Source of the DNA: Blasia pusilla
Taxonomy: Eukaryota
Length of the DNA stretch: 64,000 nt
Reading direction: 5' to 3'
Assembly (NCBI GenBank): GCA_050084515.1
Contig: CM114271.1
Coordinates: 42,904,001 to 42,968,000 of the forward strand
In this document: piece after piece, positions 11,831-26,830 of the stretch
Numbering within the stretch: position 1 is the stretch's first letter
Layout: each line of letters begins with the position of its first letter
Translations under genes and position numbers: made by a program
The notes under the pieces: generated by a model
Told to the model about the DNA's origin: nothing
The model's input: the letters and a program-made list of their open reading frames with translations, nothing else
Database searches by the model: none

Positions 11831-13340
11831 TGTCATGAGGTTTCTGCTTTCTTAGTCTTTTGTACTTCTCCTTTTCTCCGTGCCTTATAGGCCACTCCAC
11901 GTGAATGCGTTGAGATAATTGGGCGAAGCACATGGGAAGGAGAAAACGAGGCGTGAATAAATAAATGGAGATGGCGAATTCCCATGAAGGTGAGGAAAAA
12001 AAAGAAAAAGAAAAAGAAGACTCCATGAGTTGTGAACACCCTGACCACACACGGGAAGGGCACGAGAAAAGGGGAACCTCATACAAGTTAAATTAAGATA
12101 TATCAGATCTCCTTCAAAATTGAATGTGAATAAAAATTTCTTCTTTTTTAGAAATAGATATTTTATAGGAAGAGGAATCATTCCTCTTTGCCATGCAAAT
12201 AGAACTAACTCCCAATACTCATTCTAATTTGAATTTCGAATTTCTCGTGAAAACCCGGTTGAAATAAAGCATTTTGGTGGTATAAAAGAAAACATTCGGA
12301 GATGGAAAACTGGACGAGGCAACCGAGATTTAAATTTTCCGGGAGGAATTTTACTGGAAAGTTATGATGAAGGAAAAGATCAAGCAATAATTAGCATTAT
12401 CGGATAGGTATTTCGGAAATGGTGGAAATTGGATACAAGTTTCCAAGAATAATTCTCACGGTGAAAACATTAAGTTTGACGTCAAGTTCCCGACTGTCGG
12501 TTGTCAAAATCACAGCACCTCATAAATGTGAAGCCTTTCAACGGTGTGGCATAAAGTAATAGTAATTCGATCCTTGTGCGTTTAGGCTTTGGCCATATGG
12601 AGATGAGGAAAGATAATGAGATGACATGAACTTCCCATTTTTGAAAAATCTTTCCCGTGAACCTTTTCGTTGAATATTTCTTCTATCAGTATCTCGTAAG
12701 ATATTTCGGAGATCTTGTTGGATATTTCCATTGAAAATCTCTTATGAAAACATTACCGATAGGATTTGTTGGGCCAGCCAGAAAAATGAAGAAATGCCAT
12801 GTGTGAAATCATTAAAAGTGTTTAAGAACTCCAGATCTTAACATGAGAAAAATACCGCAAATAATAATGTAATTTGATAACTATTAGGACAAGATTAAAA
12901 GGCATGTGGGTTAGGGAGGGAAGGAGGGGTTTGGAGGAGAGAGCATGTCATCTTTTAGAAAAGGGGAGAAAGCAAAGGTTAGATTTTAAACCAAGGTCTA
13001 GGAAGGAGATTTATTTATTCATCTTTTGAAATCAAGGTACAAGGAGGATTTCTTTTCTTTTATGTCAAATTGAAGTTGGTGGGAGAGGGATGACAAAACG
13101 TGGTTTCATTCCATATGGTGGGGGAGAGAAATTTTAATTTTGAAAATAAAAGTGGATGGGATGATTTTCTTCTTAAAAAGTAACCTATGTATATTTTTAA
13201 TGCCAAAATATTTTCTTATGTTAAAAAATTCTAAATTTTAGCAAGTGAGAAACAAAAAGGGAGAAGAGGTGGGATTGAATTAAGAAAGAAAAATAGGGGA
13301 GTGGGTAAGTCAAGGAAAAGGGGAAGTAGGGTTAGTGACA
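11831..13340 (+). mobile_element. Putative 3' LTR (about 1.5 kb) of an unidentified LTR element
   Basis: Termini TGTCA...TGACA, immediately preceded by a G-rich PPT-like tract GGGTGGGGG. No second copy in the window. Confidence 0.45.
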
Positions 13341-14991
13341 CCTAGACAGAGTGGGAAAAAGGAAGGGGAAGGTGGAGAGGGATAGAGAGAGTCTCTCTAT
13401 CCAATCAACTCACAAAGGTTATATGGTTTTCTTCAACTTATGAGGTTGTAATTATCATGCAAATACACATCTCTAACATCCATCTATCCTATGAATCCTA
13501 CAATAACTAAATATGAACAAGTACACATAGATGATAAACTTGGTCTTTAAATATAAATCTTCTCTTTAGTTATAAACCAAATCTCACTCTTGGCTACATA
13601 TGCTATCAAGTGTACCTCCTTACATTGTTGTAGCACTACGTTCACTCCCAATGTGGCTCAAAATTAGTAAAACATGCTCACTATGCTCACGACTAAGAAT
13701 ATGAGGTCAATTCACTCCAAATACAAAATGTGTGTGATCTTCATATCAATCCTACCACATTCCCAATACAATAGAAGCAAGATAGAAAGGTATTTTTCCA
13801 TAATATTGTTGCAATGCATCACATGCATGACACACAATAATATGGTGCCAAACACAATTGGGAAGGATGAGCTACAAACACTTGCCATATTTAAAGACCG
13901 GGTCACCAATGGCCTCCTAAAATGAATATTACGATGCAAACCTTTAGACCTTGCCTAACTTCCCATATTCATAATAGATGTCATATGCATAGTCATGGCT
14001 AACCAACATACATCACTTTTCATGAACATATATTTAAGATCCATATATCATATAATCCTAACACACAAACCATTGGACATGCCCGATTTCCCCCCTAATT
14101 AAGGGTTAAGTCCCTCTAAACTCCACATACCAAAAATCCCTAAATAATAGGTAACTTTATGGTTCTAAGATGAGGAGGTCATGCGCTACGTCGCCCCATT
14201 GTTAGTCATCTTCTTGCAATCTATAGCATCAAGATTCATCATATAATCCATCCATCAAGCTCTATACATTTGGCATAAATCCAACATCCTTAAGGAACTA
14301 AGTCAACAAGTGGGTCTCAAAGATAACATATGCACCCTCAAGCTCTTCAACACCCATTACCTACTAGCATCATTTTTTTTTCCTTGGAAAATCCAAATAA
14401 TATATGTCTCTCAAACTCGTAGGAATTATTGCAAAGCTTGGATCAACACTCCTATCGATATTTGGAAGATAATATCAAGCAGAATTGTGCACATGATCTT
14501 TCCAAACTGTACTATCATGACTCTCTAACATGGGGAATCATCACCTCTTGAACAAGAAAAATAATGTGTCTTCCATAACATTCAATGGTATTGGTGTTGT
14601 TTACAAAAGATAGATATAGTAGGATGAAATATTTAAATGCATGGTTGATAACCATCTCCCCAAATAGTCACATAGCTCAAAGTATCAAGATGTTAAGAAA
14701 TACATAAGTTGACAAACATCATCACCACGACTCTCCATAATAGTTCTACCAACTAAGAACAAGCTCTTATCCAAACCTTTGGTTTGTCAAGATCACATAC
14801 GTCAACCATATCATCGCAAATAATTTATGTAAAATCTCAATCTATCTCATAGAGCAAGAAATATGGGGGTTACGAATAATGCCAAGGATGCTTGCCGATT
14901 GAGATAGTTCTTGGAAGGGTTCTTGGATATTTCTTGCCAAATGTGGAACCATAGAGTGTGCAAGGAGTGACCCGCATCGCTTAAGGAGTCA

Positions 14992-17900
14992 TGCTAGTAA
15001 ATTACTAAACAAGCATAATTGATGGGATACGACTCTTACACTTACACTTACACACCACCATGGAGAACGGAATTTTGCAATGAGAGAATGAATGGGGGTT
15101 GGTTTTGTTCTCAATTGTATAGGATATGTACAAGTAGCCCAAACCCTAATCCTAACCATAGTCTCAAGTTAAAATAATTTTGGTTAACTAACCCTAGTGA
15201 AGATAATCGTGATTAACTAACTAACCAAGATTAAGCTTTCCTACTTCATGTGAATATCTTAAGTAGCAGTTCGGGTGTCCAATGAGCTTGACTATAACTC
15301 AATCTTAAATACTCCCCCTTAAGCTCATATCGATATCTCTAACACTAAAATTATTTCTAAACATCTCAAACTTATCTCTACAGAATGCCTTTGTAGAGAT
15401 ATCAACGATTTGTTGATCTATACCTATATTCAAAAGATCAATTTCTCCTACAAGCATTTTCTTTTTGATAAAGTAGTAGTGCACCTCAACATGCTTTGGT
15501 CGAGCATGAAACACAAGATTATTAGCAAGATTGATGCTTCTAATATTTTCTGCATATATGACAGTGGATCATAAGCTACAAAATCTAAAATTAATCTCAA
15601 CAAGTAATTGATGAAGCCACTCTGCTTCACATGTTGGATTGGTTGCTACTTCGTACTCAATCTCTGTTGAAGATAAAGCATATATAGGTTGCTTCTTTAA
15701 AGCCCAACTTATAATTGCGCTTCCTAAGATAAATGAATAACCATACATTAAGTGTCTATTAAGTGCACACACTTCATGCCCAATCAATATCTTTAGATCC
15801 ATGTAATTGTAAACTCTGAGAAGATTCAAATGGAAGCCCAAATTGAACAAAGAATTCCACATATCGCATAACTCTCCTCATACTATCAAGATGAGATTTT
15901 CTAAGTGTTTGCATAAAGTGGCTCACTAAGCCAACCGCGTAGCTCAATTTCGGTCGGTTATAGTCAAATAGATCAAAATTCCAACCATACGTCTGTAAAT
16001 AATAGAATTTGCAAGCAACTCTCCTTCATCCACTCTAAGCTTCACATTATGGTCCAACAATGTAGAGATTGGCTTACAAGCTATTAGACCATATTTTGAA
16101 AGCATAGTTTCGTTGTAATAATTGCATGCTCTCTCCAAACCTGATAAACTCAACACCAAGTAAGTAATTGAGTTCTCCTAAATACTTTATATATCAAATT
16201 TTGCATGTAACTTTAGCTTGACTTGTTGTAACATATCCTCAATACTCCCAACAATCAAGAGTTCGTTAACGTTAACATACAATACAATGATAATCGTATG
16301 ATCTTTTCCTCTTAAGAGATATGGCAAGGAATCATAATCACAAACTCAACTCTTGTAGGACGTATATAATCTTGCTATATCAAGCTCTGAGAGCTTATTT
16401 GAGCATGTGTAGAGCTTTCTTTAACGTGCATACGCAAAATAGAAACTCGGATCCTCATATCCAAGTGGTTGAATCATGTATACCTCCTCATATAGATGTT
16501 TGTTCAAGAGTGCATTCTTGAGGTCCATGTGATGTAGTCTTCACTTCTTATTTGTTGAAGGTACAACCACCATTCTTGTAGTTGCCATCTTTGCAATAGG
16601 GCTAAATATCTCCTCGTAATCGATGCTATATTATTGTGCATAGCCCTTGGCTATCAATGTGGTTTTGTATATGTTTATTATACCATCTTGATTGCGCTTG
16701 ACTTTGTAAATCCATTTGCAACCAATAGAGTCCTTATTGGAAGGTATATCAACGAGCTCCCAAATCTGTTGATGTCTTAATGCAACAAGCTTTTCCTCCG
16801 TAGCTTCAATCTGTTTGACTTTCCTTGCAACTTCTTCAAAACAACTCGGTTCTTGTTCTTGAAGGATAATCAACATATATGCATTATATGTTGCAAGGAA
16901 TTCTTAATTTATGAATCTGTGAATATGAACAATATGTGTGAGTTTACTTGATATATGAAGTTTTTGCTCAAAGGTGAATATCTCCGACATGTGACTTGAG
17001 CTCTAACTAGTGTCAACAAATTGAATACGTACTCTTCCCAACCATAGATTAACAAATTCAACTAAAGAATCTAGGAGCTCTCTTAATCATGCAATAGTAC
17101 TTGGGGAACTTTTAGTCAATGTTTGTTGGTTTGTAATCATATTCTCCTCCTCAAAAGACCAATTTAGAGGTGGAATAGGCTTAGATGAAGCATACCATGA
17201 CTTCAGCTCATAAAAAATAAAATTGCGACTAATAATAAGCTGCCTAGAGGAAGGAATGTAGCACTTATACTGGTTAGTTCCATGAGCATAGATAATTAAG
17301 ATACTTCTCTCATATTTCAGTTCTTATTTGTCATGTCTTCTAGAAGGAACATGAGCATAACAAATACAGCCAAAAACTTTCAAGAAGGAAAATCATATTA
17401 ATTTCTCATGAAGATTTTGAATGGAGTCTTATCATGAACTCATGTTGTTGGAGTTCGGTTGATTAAAAAGATTGCGCATGCTACAATCTCTGTCTAATAC
17501 ACCTTATGCATGTTCTTCTCATTTATCATAACACGTGCCACCTCAAAAATATTTCGATTTTTTTGCTCAACCACTCAATTTTTTCGTGGAATGTAACAGC
17601 AAGTCACATATCGTTGGATGTCATTTTTACATAAGTAGTCATTAAACTATGTTGAAATGTACTCTCCTTCTGCACCACAACGCAATTTGAGAATGTGTTA
17701 TCTAGTCTGCTCCTCTACCAGAGTCTTGAATATTGTGAATATTTCTTACGTGGCTTTCACAAAGTATAATTATATACACATAGAGAAGTCATCAATTAAT
17801 GAAACAAAGTACAAACATCCACCAATACTATTTTATAATGTTATCCATACATCATTGTGAATCAACTCCAATATCTTGGATGACCTTCTACCTTACTTTG

Positions 17901-20286
17901 GAAATGGAAATCAACCTTGTTTTCCAAATTGGCAAGCACGGCATACCTCCAACGTACTAGGACTCGATAATTTAGGACTAGAGTTGATAATTTAGGACTA
18001 GACTAGATGATGAAAGACTCTATAATCTTTGAAGATTCATATGCCCAATTCTCTTATGCCATACATTTAGATTTTTGCCTTGTTGTCCAGTTTGACCATA
18101 CATTGTTGCTTGAATCTCTCGCATTGAAACATCTAATTTGAATAGTTTGCCAAATCTTGTTCTTTGGCTATTATGGTCTGATCACCCATTGCTTCAATGA
18201 AACAACCACTTGTGTTAAACTTCACATGATAAGCTTGTTCTACTATCTTTCCTAGAGAGATCAAATTCTTGGAATGTCAAGAACATAGATAACATTTCCA
18301 AGAGCACAAAAACCATATCATGTTATTTGAACTTTATTGGTATGTGTGATATAATGTCTTTTTTATCTCCTATGAGCATTATTGTAGGATCTTCTACCGA
18401 CTCCATCCTACTAAATTATTTAGCTTGTGAGGTTTTGTGATTTTATGTACCAGAGTCGATATACCAATCTAAAGTCGAGTCTTTCTTGAACATTGCTATT
18501 ATATGATGAGTCATAGCCAAAAAGTCTTGAGTTTGTGAATGTTGTTATTGATACTGCACTTTGTGTTGTTGCTCCACATAGATTTGTTGTTGTAAGACTT
18601 CCATTCTCATAACTGCCTTCTTCTTGAAGAAAATTTTGCACAGTGATTCTTTATCCCATAGTGATTATAAGATTTAAGGACTTTCTATTGTTGACCTCGA
18701 CCCCAAAGATTTCCATCATCACCACCTTATGATTATATCTGGTATTGGTTCGTAGTTGATTGAGTAAATTTATGTTGAGTGTCTCTTCCTCCATATGCTC
18801 CATATCCACCACGATCATGGAAGCTTCTACCATGATCTCTGCCTCTCTTTCATCCATTATCTGTAAATAGCGTATTCTCTTGCATACTAGGCAAGCTACC
18901 GCTGCCGACTAAGAGCATCTTCTCACCAATTAATAGTGTGGTTAACTCTTGAAAAGTCAAAAAAAAATTCTCTCACAAAGATACAAGTCTCAAAAGACTT
19001 GTAGTCTTTTGGAAGGCCTTGAAGAGTGAAAAAAAAATCAGATCATTCGTCTTCTACAATTACTCTAATAATATTCAACTGATCAAAAATATAGTTAATA
19101 CTTAAAACATAGTCATTGATGTTTTGCGATCCTTTTCCCAGTTTGTTTCATTTTTGTTTCAATTGAAGCGTTATGGCCTTTGTGCATTTCTGGAACAAAT
19201 TTTCCAATGTATCCCATGCATCCTTCAAAATATCAACATCTTCAATGTGACCAATCATTGGCGAACTGATTGTTCTTGAAATGTAGTGGATTATTTCCCT
19301 TGCGTGTTTGTTCTAAGCGCAAATATTCAAGTGTATTTAGTCACCTTCTGATTTGACATCATTATCTCTAACTAGCTCCCATAGTTCTTGACCCATCAAA
19401 AATTTTTGCATGAGAAACTTCCACATATTCTAATTTTGCATATCTAACTTCTCACTTTTAATTATTGTTAAGAAATACTCAAGAAAGTAACTGGAATTTT
19501 ACTCAAGAAAGTAACTGGAATTGAAACATAGACCACTCATATACAGAATTTGACTTGAGATTTTCTAGAATTCACCAACTATATGGAAGAACTAATCAAA
19601 ATTGGCTTGTAAAGAGCACACTGCACAACTTACCTCTATTGAAATTGCACTTTTCCACACTGAAATTGCTATTGTAGGATCTCACAATGTCATAATTAAA
19701 CAATTTTGGATGCGTTACAAAGCTCTTGATGAGCTCTACAAGGAGGTTAGAACCATAATTTGATGTTGTTCTAACCTACGCGGATACAGCGTATACATAT
19801 TTATAAAAAATACTTCTTATATTTTGTTATCTTTACGACTCCACCTGAAATCTTCTGCCATTGAGCTATTGTTGAAATTTCCTTGCCCCAAACTGAAATG
19901 ATATCCTCTTTCCTTTCTTCTTTCCTCAAACACTATGAATTTCAAGTTATATTCTCCTATCGCTGTGATATCATATAGAAAAGTATGAAATAAGCATAAT
20001 TAATAGGATACAATTCTCATAGTGACACATCATCATGAAGAATAAAATTTTGCAATAAGAGAATGACTGGAGGTTGTTCCCCTTCTCAATTATATAGGAT
20101 ATATACAAGAAATCCCAACCCTAATCCTAACCATACTCTCAAGTTAAAATAATTATGATTAATTAACCCTAGTTAAGATAATCGTGCTTAACTAACTAAC
20201 CAAGATTTATCTTTCCTAATTTTTGTGAGTAGCAAATATAGCAATTCGAGTGTCCAATGAGCTCGACTATAACTTTGTATTCAATA
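14992..20286 (-). mobile_element. Full-length but heavily decayed Ty1/Copia retrotransposon (Copia-A)
   Basis: LTRs 14992-15311 and 19974-20286; degenerate Met-PBS at 19962-19973 (GCTGTGATATCA on plus); PPT AGGGGGAG on minus next to 15311. Coding remnants: RT (EPSCFEE...WELVDIP...IGCKWIYK), RNase H (ISWALKKQ..ALSSTE; FHARPKHVEVHYYFI), integrase and gag. Confidence 0.9.
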
Positions 20287-23200
20287 AGAGGATGTTTGAT
20301 CTTGGAAGATAAGGGCACAATACCCAATGCATATGACCGTTGGTGTAGAGACTCAAGTCAATCTTGCAAGAGTTCAATCCTTCTTGGAATTGGTGAAGAT
20401 CCCCAACGCTAATCTTGAGCCTCGTAGCGTTTGAAAAGATGCATTCAAGAGGAGGAAAGGAATTGTACCTCAATTCTTGTAGCCTAATACATCTTTGGAA
20501 AGAAGGTGGGAAGGAGTCCTTGTGATATCGTATAGTTGGAATATGTATGATGGAGGATGGGGCTAGTGATGAATTTCAGATTATTGGGTATGGTCGAGTA
20601 AGCATTGGACATCAGAATGTGGATTGAAAACTAGGGGACTACTCCCCAATCATGTGATATGTGGTAAATGCACAACAAGTTGCTTGGTATCTTCATTGAT
20701 AAAACATGCGCTAGGAATGGTAGTGATTGCGTGATTACTCTTGTATAGCAGATCTTGGGGCTAAATTATTATCTTACATAGGAGTGAAGTGATCAATTTT
20801 ATTTTATTTTGGAAAAAATTGGTAGGCATCCAATGTCGAGTTGGTGACATCATGCACGTGAGGTGCCATTCAATGACCAAAAGGTGATAAAATTGCACAT
20901 ATTCTGTGTAATACATGAACCCAAAAGAGCGATTGTGGATGGGACAAAGAGTTGTGGATGCAATGTAGTAACAATCAAGAAATGTGCTAAGGTATTTGGT
21001 TGTATCAAGTTCTGCATCAACATACAAATATGCATTTGGAATTTTTGTGTGGGGTAGAGTTGCACCATGCCGACACTAGAGGTTGCTTCTCTTGGACTCC
21101 CAAAGACGGGGTGGAGTTCAAGGGTTTTCGTTAGTAGATTAACATTGTAGACGATGGCTACATGATCCAAGAATAGGAAATGCAAGTGAGAACCTAAGAG
21201 ACCTTGAGTGCCAAGTATGTGTATGGGGAGACATTTTGGTTGAACTCAACATTTTTTTGGGGAGACAATATTTTGTTAACATTATATACGAGTAAAAACA
21301 ACCAACACCTAGGAAGACCCTTGGGTTGACGGGTAGTGAATGCGTGCATGCACACATGCCACCAATAGGACTAGCCATTCAATTGTGTGAGTTAGAAAGG
21401 AATGTTGTTGTGGGTTGGACATAAATAGCTACTATGGTATGGGATACAATAAAGTTGCAATGATTTTATAACTTGCATGATCTTAGAGAAGATTAGTACA
21501 ACTATGGAATTTCTACCTCTCAAGTTGTAATGACATGCAAAGAAGGAATGGCTAATTTGAAGCCACCATGGATAAGCGCCTTTATTTGCGTGGGCTTAAT
21601 AGTTGTTTAATGGAAGAATAGTACCACCCTTGGATTTGATGGTTATGGATTAGATCCATGGTCTGCATGGGGGCTATGTTGGAGGGAAAATCATGTTAGA
21701 GAGTGGTTGCTATATAGTACTTAGGCGAATTTGCATGTTTAGGGAAGTCACTTCGAAAATAGAAGAAGAGTTGAGTTTGGGATATTAGTGGGAGTGGGAC
21801 CAGATAAGGACGTGTATGTGTTTTATGTCATATTGATGTTATGTTATAGTATATTGTGTATGCATGATAGTGATATACCCAACAACATGCCTTTCCATCA
21901 GCATTTCTTCCTTAGCCAATACATAACCTATCACTATAGAGGCCACGCTACAAAGTGAATAGAAATTTATGTACATCTTTGCTTAGCCAAACCTATGATG
22001 AACATTCAAGTGAAATAGTTTTCCATACTCTAACCAAGTATCTATCTCTATATGTTATTCTTCTTCATCGTAGGTATCATTACTATACTTATAGAGAATC
22101 CCATAGGGCATTATCGCTCATCAGCATTGGGATCCACTAGTTTACATGCTTGCTCATTCCATATCATGTATGGTCCTTGTTGATAAAAAGAATTTGATGC
22201 TAGAAAGATCATCAAGAGTACCTTGTGTTGGAATATCCTATTGTCCAATGCCTATAATATTATATCATCTTAAGTAATATGAGATTTTCACCCTTCATCC
22301 AAGATATTATCCACTATAAGTAGGCATGTCTTTTGGACTATGATAAGTGTGCCTTAGTACTTGGATGGTAAAAGGTTTTTCCCCCCTAAGCATGGATGGC
22401 GTGCACGTGATTCATAACTTTATGCATATAACATCACTACTAATCCTATCCAAGACTATAATTAATGAAACAATTTCATCTCTCACAATGAAATATTATA
22501 TATATCTAATAATGTCCTATTATTCTAAATATAGATTGGAGAACATCTTTAGGTACTCTGCAAGTATCCAAGAATTTGCAATATCTCCCAAAACATACTC
22601 AGACTCTTTATGGAATGACCATCATATGGCCATCCTCTCATCACCAAGTGAGTCATGCCTACTTAATTTATCTACATCCCATTCCCCCAACAATGAAATA
22701 TTGGCCAGTAGAAGATGTTAACATACCATAGTAGTAGACATAGGTAACAATTCAGAATACTACTAGACTGACCTTGCCTCATGGTATAATTAATATAAAC
22801 TCTTCTTATGGTCCCATATGTCTTGACACACGATTAATATTTTACTTAAACATGAATATGCATCTTTGCAGAAAAAGTTAAAACAATCCCACTAATCTCT
22901 TTGAAAGAGATCTACTAGATGCACATCCTCCTCAAAATATTGCCACCCTATCAATGTGGTATCCAATGGTGTCCACATCTCTTCCATTGGAGCAGTTAGT
23001 CTTGTTGAATCACCTTGCTTTAGAGCATACGCCCGGCTCCACATCTACCTCATGAGCTCATCTACACTCTCTAAAAATTAATGCTTGTCCCTACAATCTT
23101 GAAAGTGTTGTCAACAAGAATGGCCACACGTATCATCGGATGATAATTCTAAGACTATCCTATCCTCTATATGGGTGTTCCTCTAAAATTAAGGAAACAA

Positions 23201-24039
23201 GCATGGGTAATCAAATTAGTCATCCCTCTCTTAAATGCCACTAGGATTATCAATGGGATATCTTCTCACGAGTTTCTCATCTTGACAAGGAAGTGCTTCC
23301 AAGTGATGTCTCAATATTGAAGTGGATAAGGAGTGATCTTGAGCTTTCACAAACCCATTCTTAAGCATGTTGCCCTCCCCAACATAAGGGATCTTGGTAT
23401 TGAATCAACTAGAATCCATTGAGATTTATACAAAACTATAGATGGACCAAAAATCTCAAATATTCTAGTTTGAGTATCCAAAACCAACCATGGCTTCCTC
23501 TATAGTTATCGTCTAGCAAGGGTCTTTGCCATCCTAGTTGTCATTAGCATGCCAAATTTTTTTTAACATCTTCCTGAGGATACATCCATTCATCTCGTAT
23601 AATCATACGTATATTCAAGCTCTAGTATTTTGGAAGCACATTGACCTTTTCTTGGAAATGGATCCCTTATTTCGTTGCCAAATTGACAAGAAGGAGAGAC
23701 TTTTGTGAATAAGTAATAAAGGAAGTGAAAGATGGTACTTTTGTCCCCATGATAGAGTTTGGCAAAATCTTCTGCGTTTGATAGTTGATGTGTCTTATCT
23801 TCTTATTCTATATCTCCAAATATTCTACCTTTAGCCCACTTCATTTATAGATTGCTATTTCTACTATGTATAGCAGCATCTCATTCAAATATACTATTAG
23901 ATCTACTTCCCTTTTCTCCTATCTTGTACCCATGGGTGGTTAGATTTTTATTAAGCATTTTTTTATTGAATCTAACCTTGTAATTATGTTTTGCCATCTT
24001 TCCTACAAAGATTAGATTTCTCATAATAACAAATATACA

Positions 24040-24682
24040 TCTATATTATTATGGGAGAGTGCCTTCTTGATTTGCAAACACTTTTCTACCTGAGACATGG
24101 GAAGTGGGCAGCAAGAAAATGTTTCACAGGCTATGGGCAGTAAGAAAAAATTTGAATTTATGTGCAACATCATTAATCTCTTCCCTTCACGAGCTACGCA
24201 CGAACTCTTTGAACACTTTTTTTATTTCGCGTGCATTGCACATGCACCTTATCTATATTATTATGGGAGAGTGTCTTCTTGATTTCCAAACACCTTGATC
24301 TATGCTTGACATGTGGCAATTGGGCAGCAAGAAAATGTTTCAAAAGCTACGGGCAACAAGAAAAAATTTGAATTTATTTGCAACATCATTAATCTCTTCC
24401 CTTCACAACTTATACACTAGCTCTTCAAACACTTTTTTATTTCACTTGCATCGCACGGGCACCTTATTTATATTATTATGGGAGAGTGCCTTCTTGATTT
24501 TCAAACACCTCTCTGCTTGACACGTGGCAATTGGGCAGCAAGAAAATGTTTCACATGCTACGGGCAATAAGAAAAAAATTTGCATTTATGTGCAGCATCA
24601 TTAATCTCTTCCTTTCACGGGATATACACTAGCTCTTCAAACACTTTTTTATTTTCCGTGCATCGCACGAGCACCTTACTAG
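24040..24682 (+). mobile_element. Head-to-tail trimer of a roughly 215-bp non-autonomous Helitron
   Basis: Units 24040-24251, 24252-24466 and 24467-24682. The array starts A|TCTATATTATTAT and ends with the hairpin CGTGCATCGCACG then CTAG|T. Confidence 0.85.
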
Positions 24683-24728
24683 TAAAAAAATATCCCAAAG
24701 TAGATGATAGAAGCAAAGAGAAGGTCAT

Positions 24729-25760
24729 TGGCATTTGCCTACTCCCTTGAACACGAGTCTTATGCGTCACCTAAGCTTGTGTTCAACAGATCACACTCTT
24801 CTTACTGATGTACATCCAAACATACTCACATTGTGATATTAGCCATGATTTGGATCAACGAACCTTATGTCTCATGAGTCTTGGTCTCATGCCAACCTTC
24901 AAGCCCAACAATCTAGATAGGGTTACACACCATCCTAACCCCTCATTCCCCAACATAAGAAATTCTATCAAGACTTAGGGTAGACTTCCTTAATAGTCTA
25001 CTAACGTGAAATGGCGCTAGTGCACTTGGAGGTCTGAATTGCCTAATAGACCTCACATGAGTCTCTAATTGGGATTCAATATTTGAGTCACAAGTCAAAG
25101 TCCAAGGTTTGTGTCCATAAGTGTTCCATATGAACTTGGCTTGGTGTGAAAACCCCAATGCCAATCTCTCAATCTATCACGTGCCCTTGGTTCATCCCCA
25201 TAGTTCCCAAGGTGGGGTTCTGGTTCTAAGCACTCTTGGAGAGCCTCCCGATTATATATAATTCTAGAGATCCTCAACCCCTCTCTACATGTAGGGAAGT
25301 CCTCTTAGGCCGTTCCTAGTGGCCTTCAACCTAACTATCATTTTGATAGTTTGGGGATGATTTTTAGATCGCTACTAATGCGCTTGTCCGTATCTTCAGT
25401 GTGTTGTAATTGGCTTCTCACAAGCTTTCCAACTCCATTTTATTCATCCCAAATGCATCTTAATTCTAGCGATTATGACCTCAAACATGGAGAACCCCCA
25501 AATACTCAATCAAGTTCGAGGCTATGTTGCGATCCCCTTACTGCCCAACTCTTATGGGACTTGAGCTCTTTTCAAGTCCCGCTTGACCTTTGTTCATGTT
25601 GTGCTAGAGTATAACATCCATAAATTATAATGCCCATCAAGGCTCGCGTCTTGCTTTTGCGACTCATGTTTTACTCATGAGACTCATATACACTTAGTGT
25701 GAGTCAACTACATTTATGATGTTTCACATTGGTGCGTGTTTGGTCATGAGGGTCGCAATA
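24729..25760 (-). mobile_element. Old isolated LTR related to 35267-36289 and 2698-3713
   Basis: Collinear with 35267-36289 (TGGCATTTGCCTACTCC ... GGTCATGAGGGTCGCAATA). The flanks GTCAT and ATTAC do not form a clean TSD. Confidence 0.75.
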
Positions 25761-25769
25761 ATTACCCAC

Positions 25770-26830
25770 ATGGGTGATTCGATTTTATGGACCATCTATT
25801 GGTGTAATGATTTCTGGAATCTTCAATAGTTCCATATTGATGAACCATTCTTCATGACCAGTCATATAGTTTGATACTCCTAAATTGGTGTTTCATTCTT
25901 CTCCACTAATTTTTGGGCTTTGTTACTTTATGATGTGATTCATTATGAAGACTTGTTTGTCACTCTAGAATTTCTCTCAAAACTTGCCTCCTTTTGCAAA
26001 AAATAATTTGGTGAAAATATTATTATGGTTTTTGTTACTGTTGTTGATATTAGTAGCCTTGATTTTTTGGACCTCGACCTTAGAAACCAAATCTTCCACC
26101 ATAGTTTAAGCTTCCCCAACAAAATTTCTAATTCTACCTCTTTGTGCATCATATGCATATTCCTACAAACTACTTGAAGAAAAATTGGATCCTAATCGTA
26201 TGTTTAAAATATCGGGAATGCATATGTAGTAAAGATGGATATTTTATGTTATACACCTTTCCTAATCCTTGGAATACGATCATTATAATCTAGGAAAACT
26301 CCAATAATATCCAACTAATCAATGAGAATTCCTTGAATCATAGCATTATTCCCTCCTCGAAAAAGATAGGAATGGGTTGCAATCTTTACAGCTGGCTTAT
26401 CATAGGAATCCTCAAACCCTTTGTCCTTAAATTCCCCATAGTTTCAGTTCTAATAGTAAGGATGTAATTAGTTATACTCCGACATCCTTTCCTAACCTCA
26501 TTCAAATATTTCTTTATGCGCAACTTTCTAGCAGATGACTCAAACATTTTGGCCAGTGCATCCCATACTTCCAATGGTTTTTTTGCATTTTGAATTGGGC
26601 CTATCATACATGGATTGATGGTTATCAAAGTGTAATGGATTCCATGCCTCACCCTCTTGCCTCGCACTCTAACCTCAAGTTCCGTGATGTATCTTTTGGG
26701 CTTGGGTTTGTTTCCTTTGATCAGATTCTATAGTTCATGATCCATAAAGAAGTTCTTGATTTTAAAACTTCCATGAGGAATAGTGTTTATCATCTAATCT
26801 CTCTTATTGAAAAAAGGTGAATTGTGATGG
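25770..26830 (-). pseudogene. Degenerate Copia gag(-protease) remnant
   Basis: MIGPIQNAKKPLEVWDALAKMFESSARKLRIKKYLNEVRKG.RSITNYIL is homologous to the Copia-C gag (MIGHIQDVDILKEAWDALENLF...NEVRKRSQSINDYIL). Confidence 0.75.

Noticed and set aside
14987-20291. TSD for Copia-A
   Set aside because: The flanks AGTCA and AGAGG do not match, so the element is too old or its boundary was rearranged.
24040-24682. Regular repeats considered as a CRISPR array
   Set aside because: Units are about 215 bp, homologous along their whole length with no unique spacers, and the context is eukaryotic.
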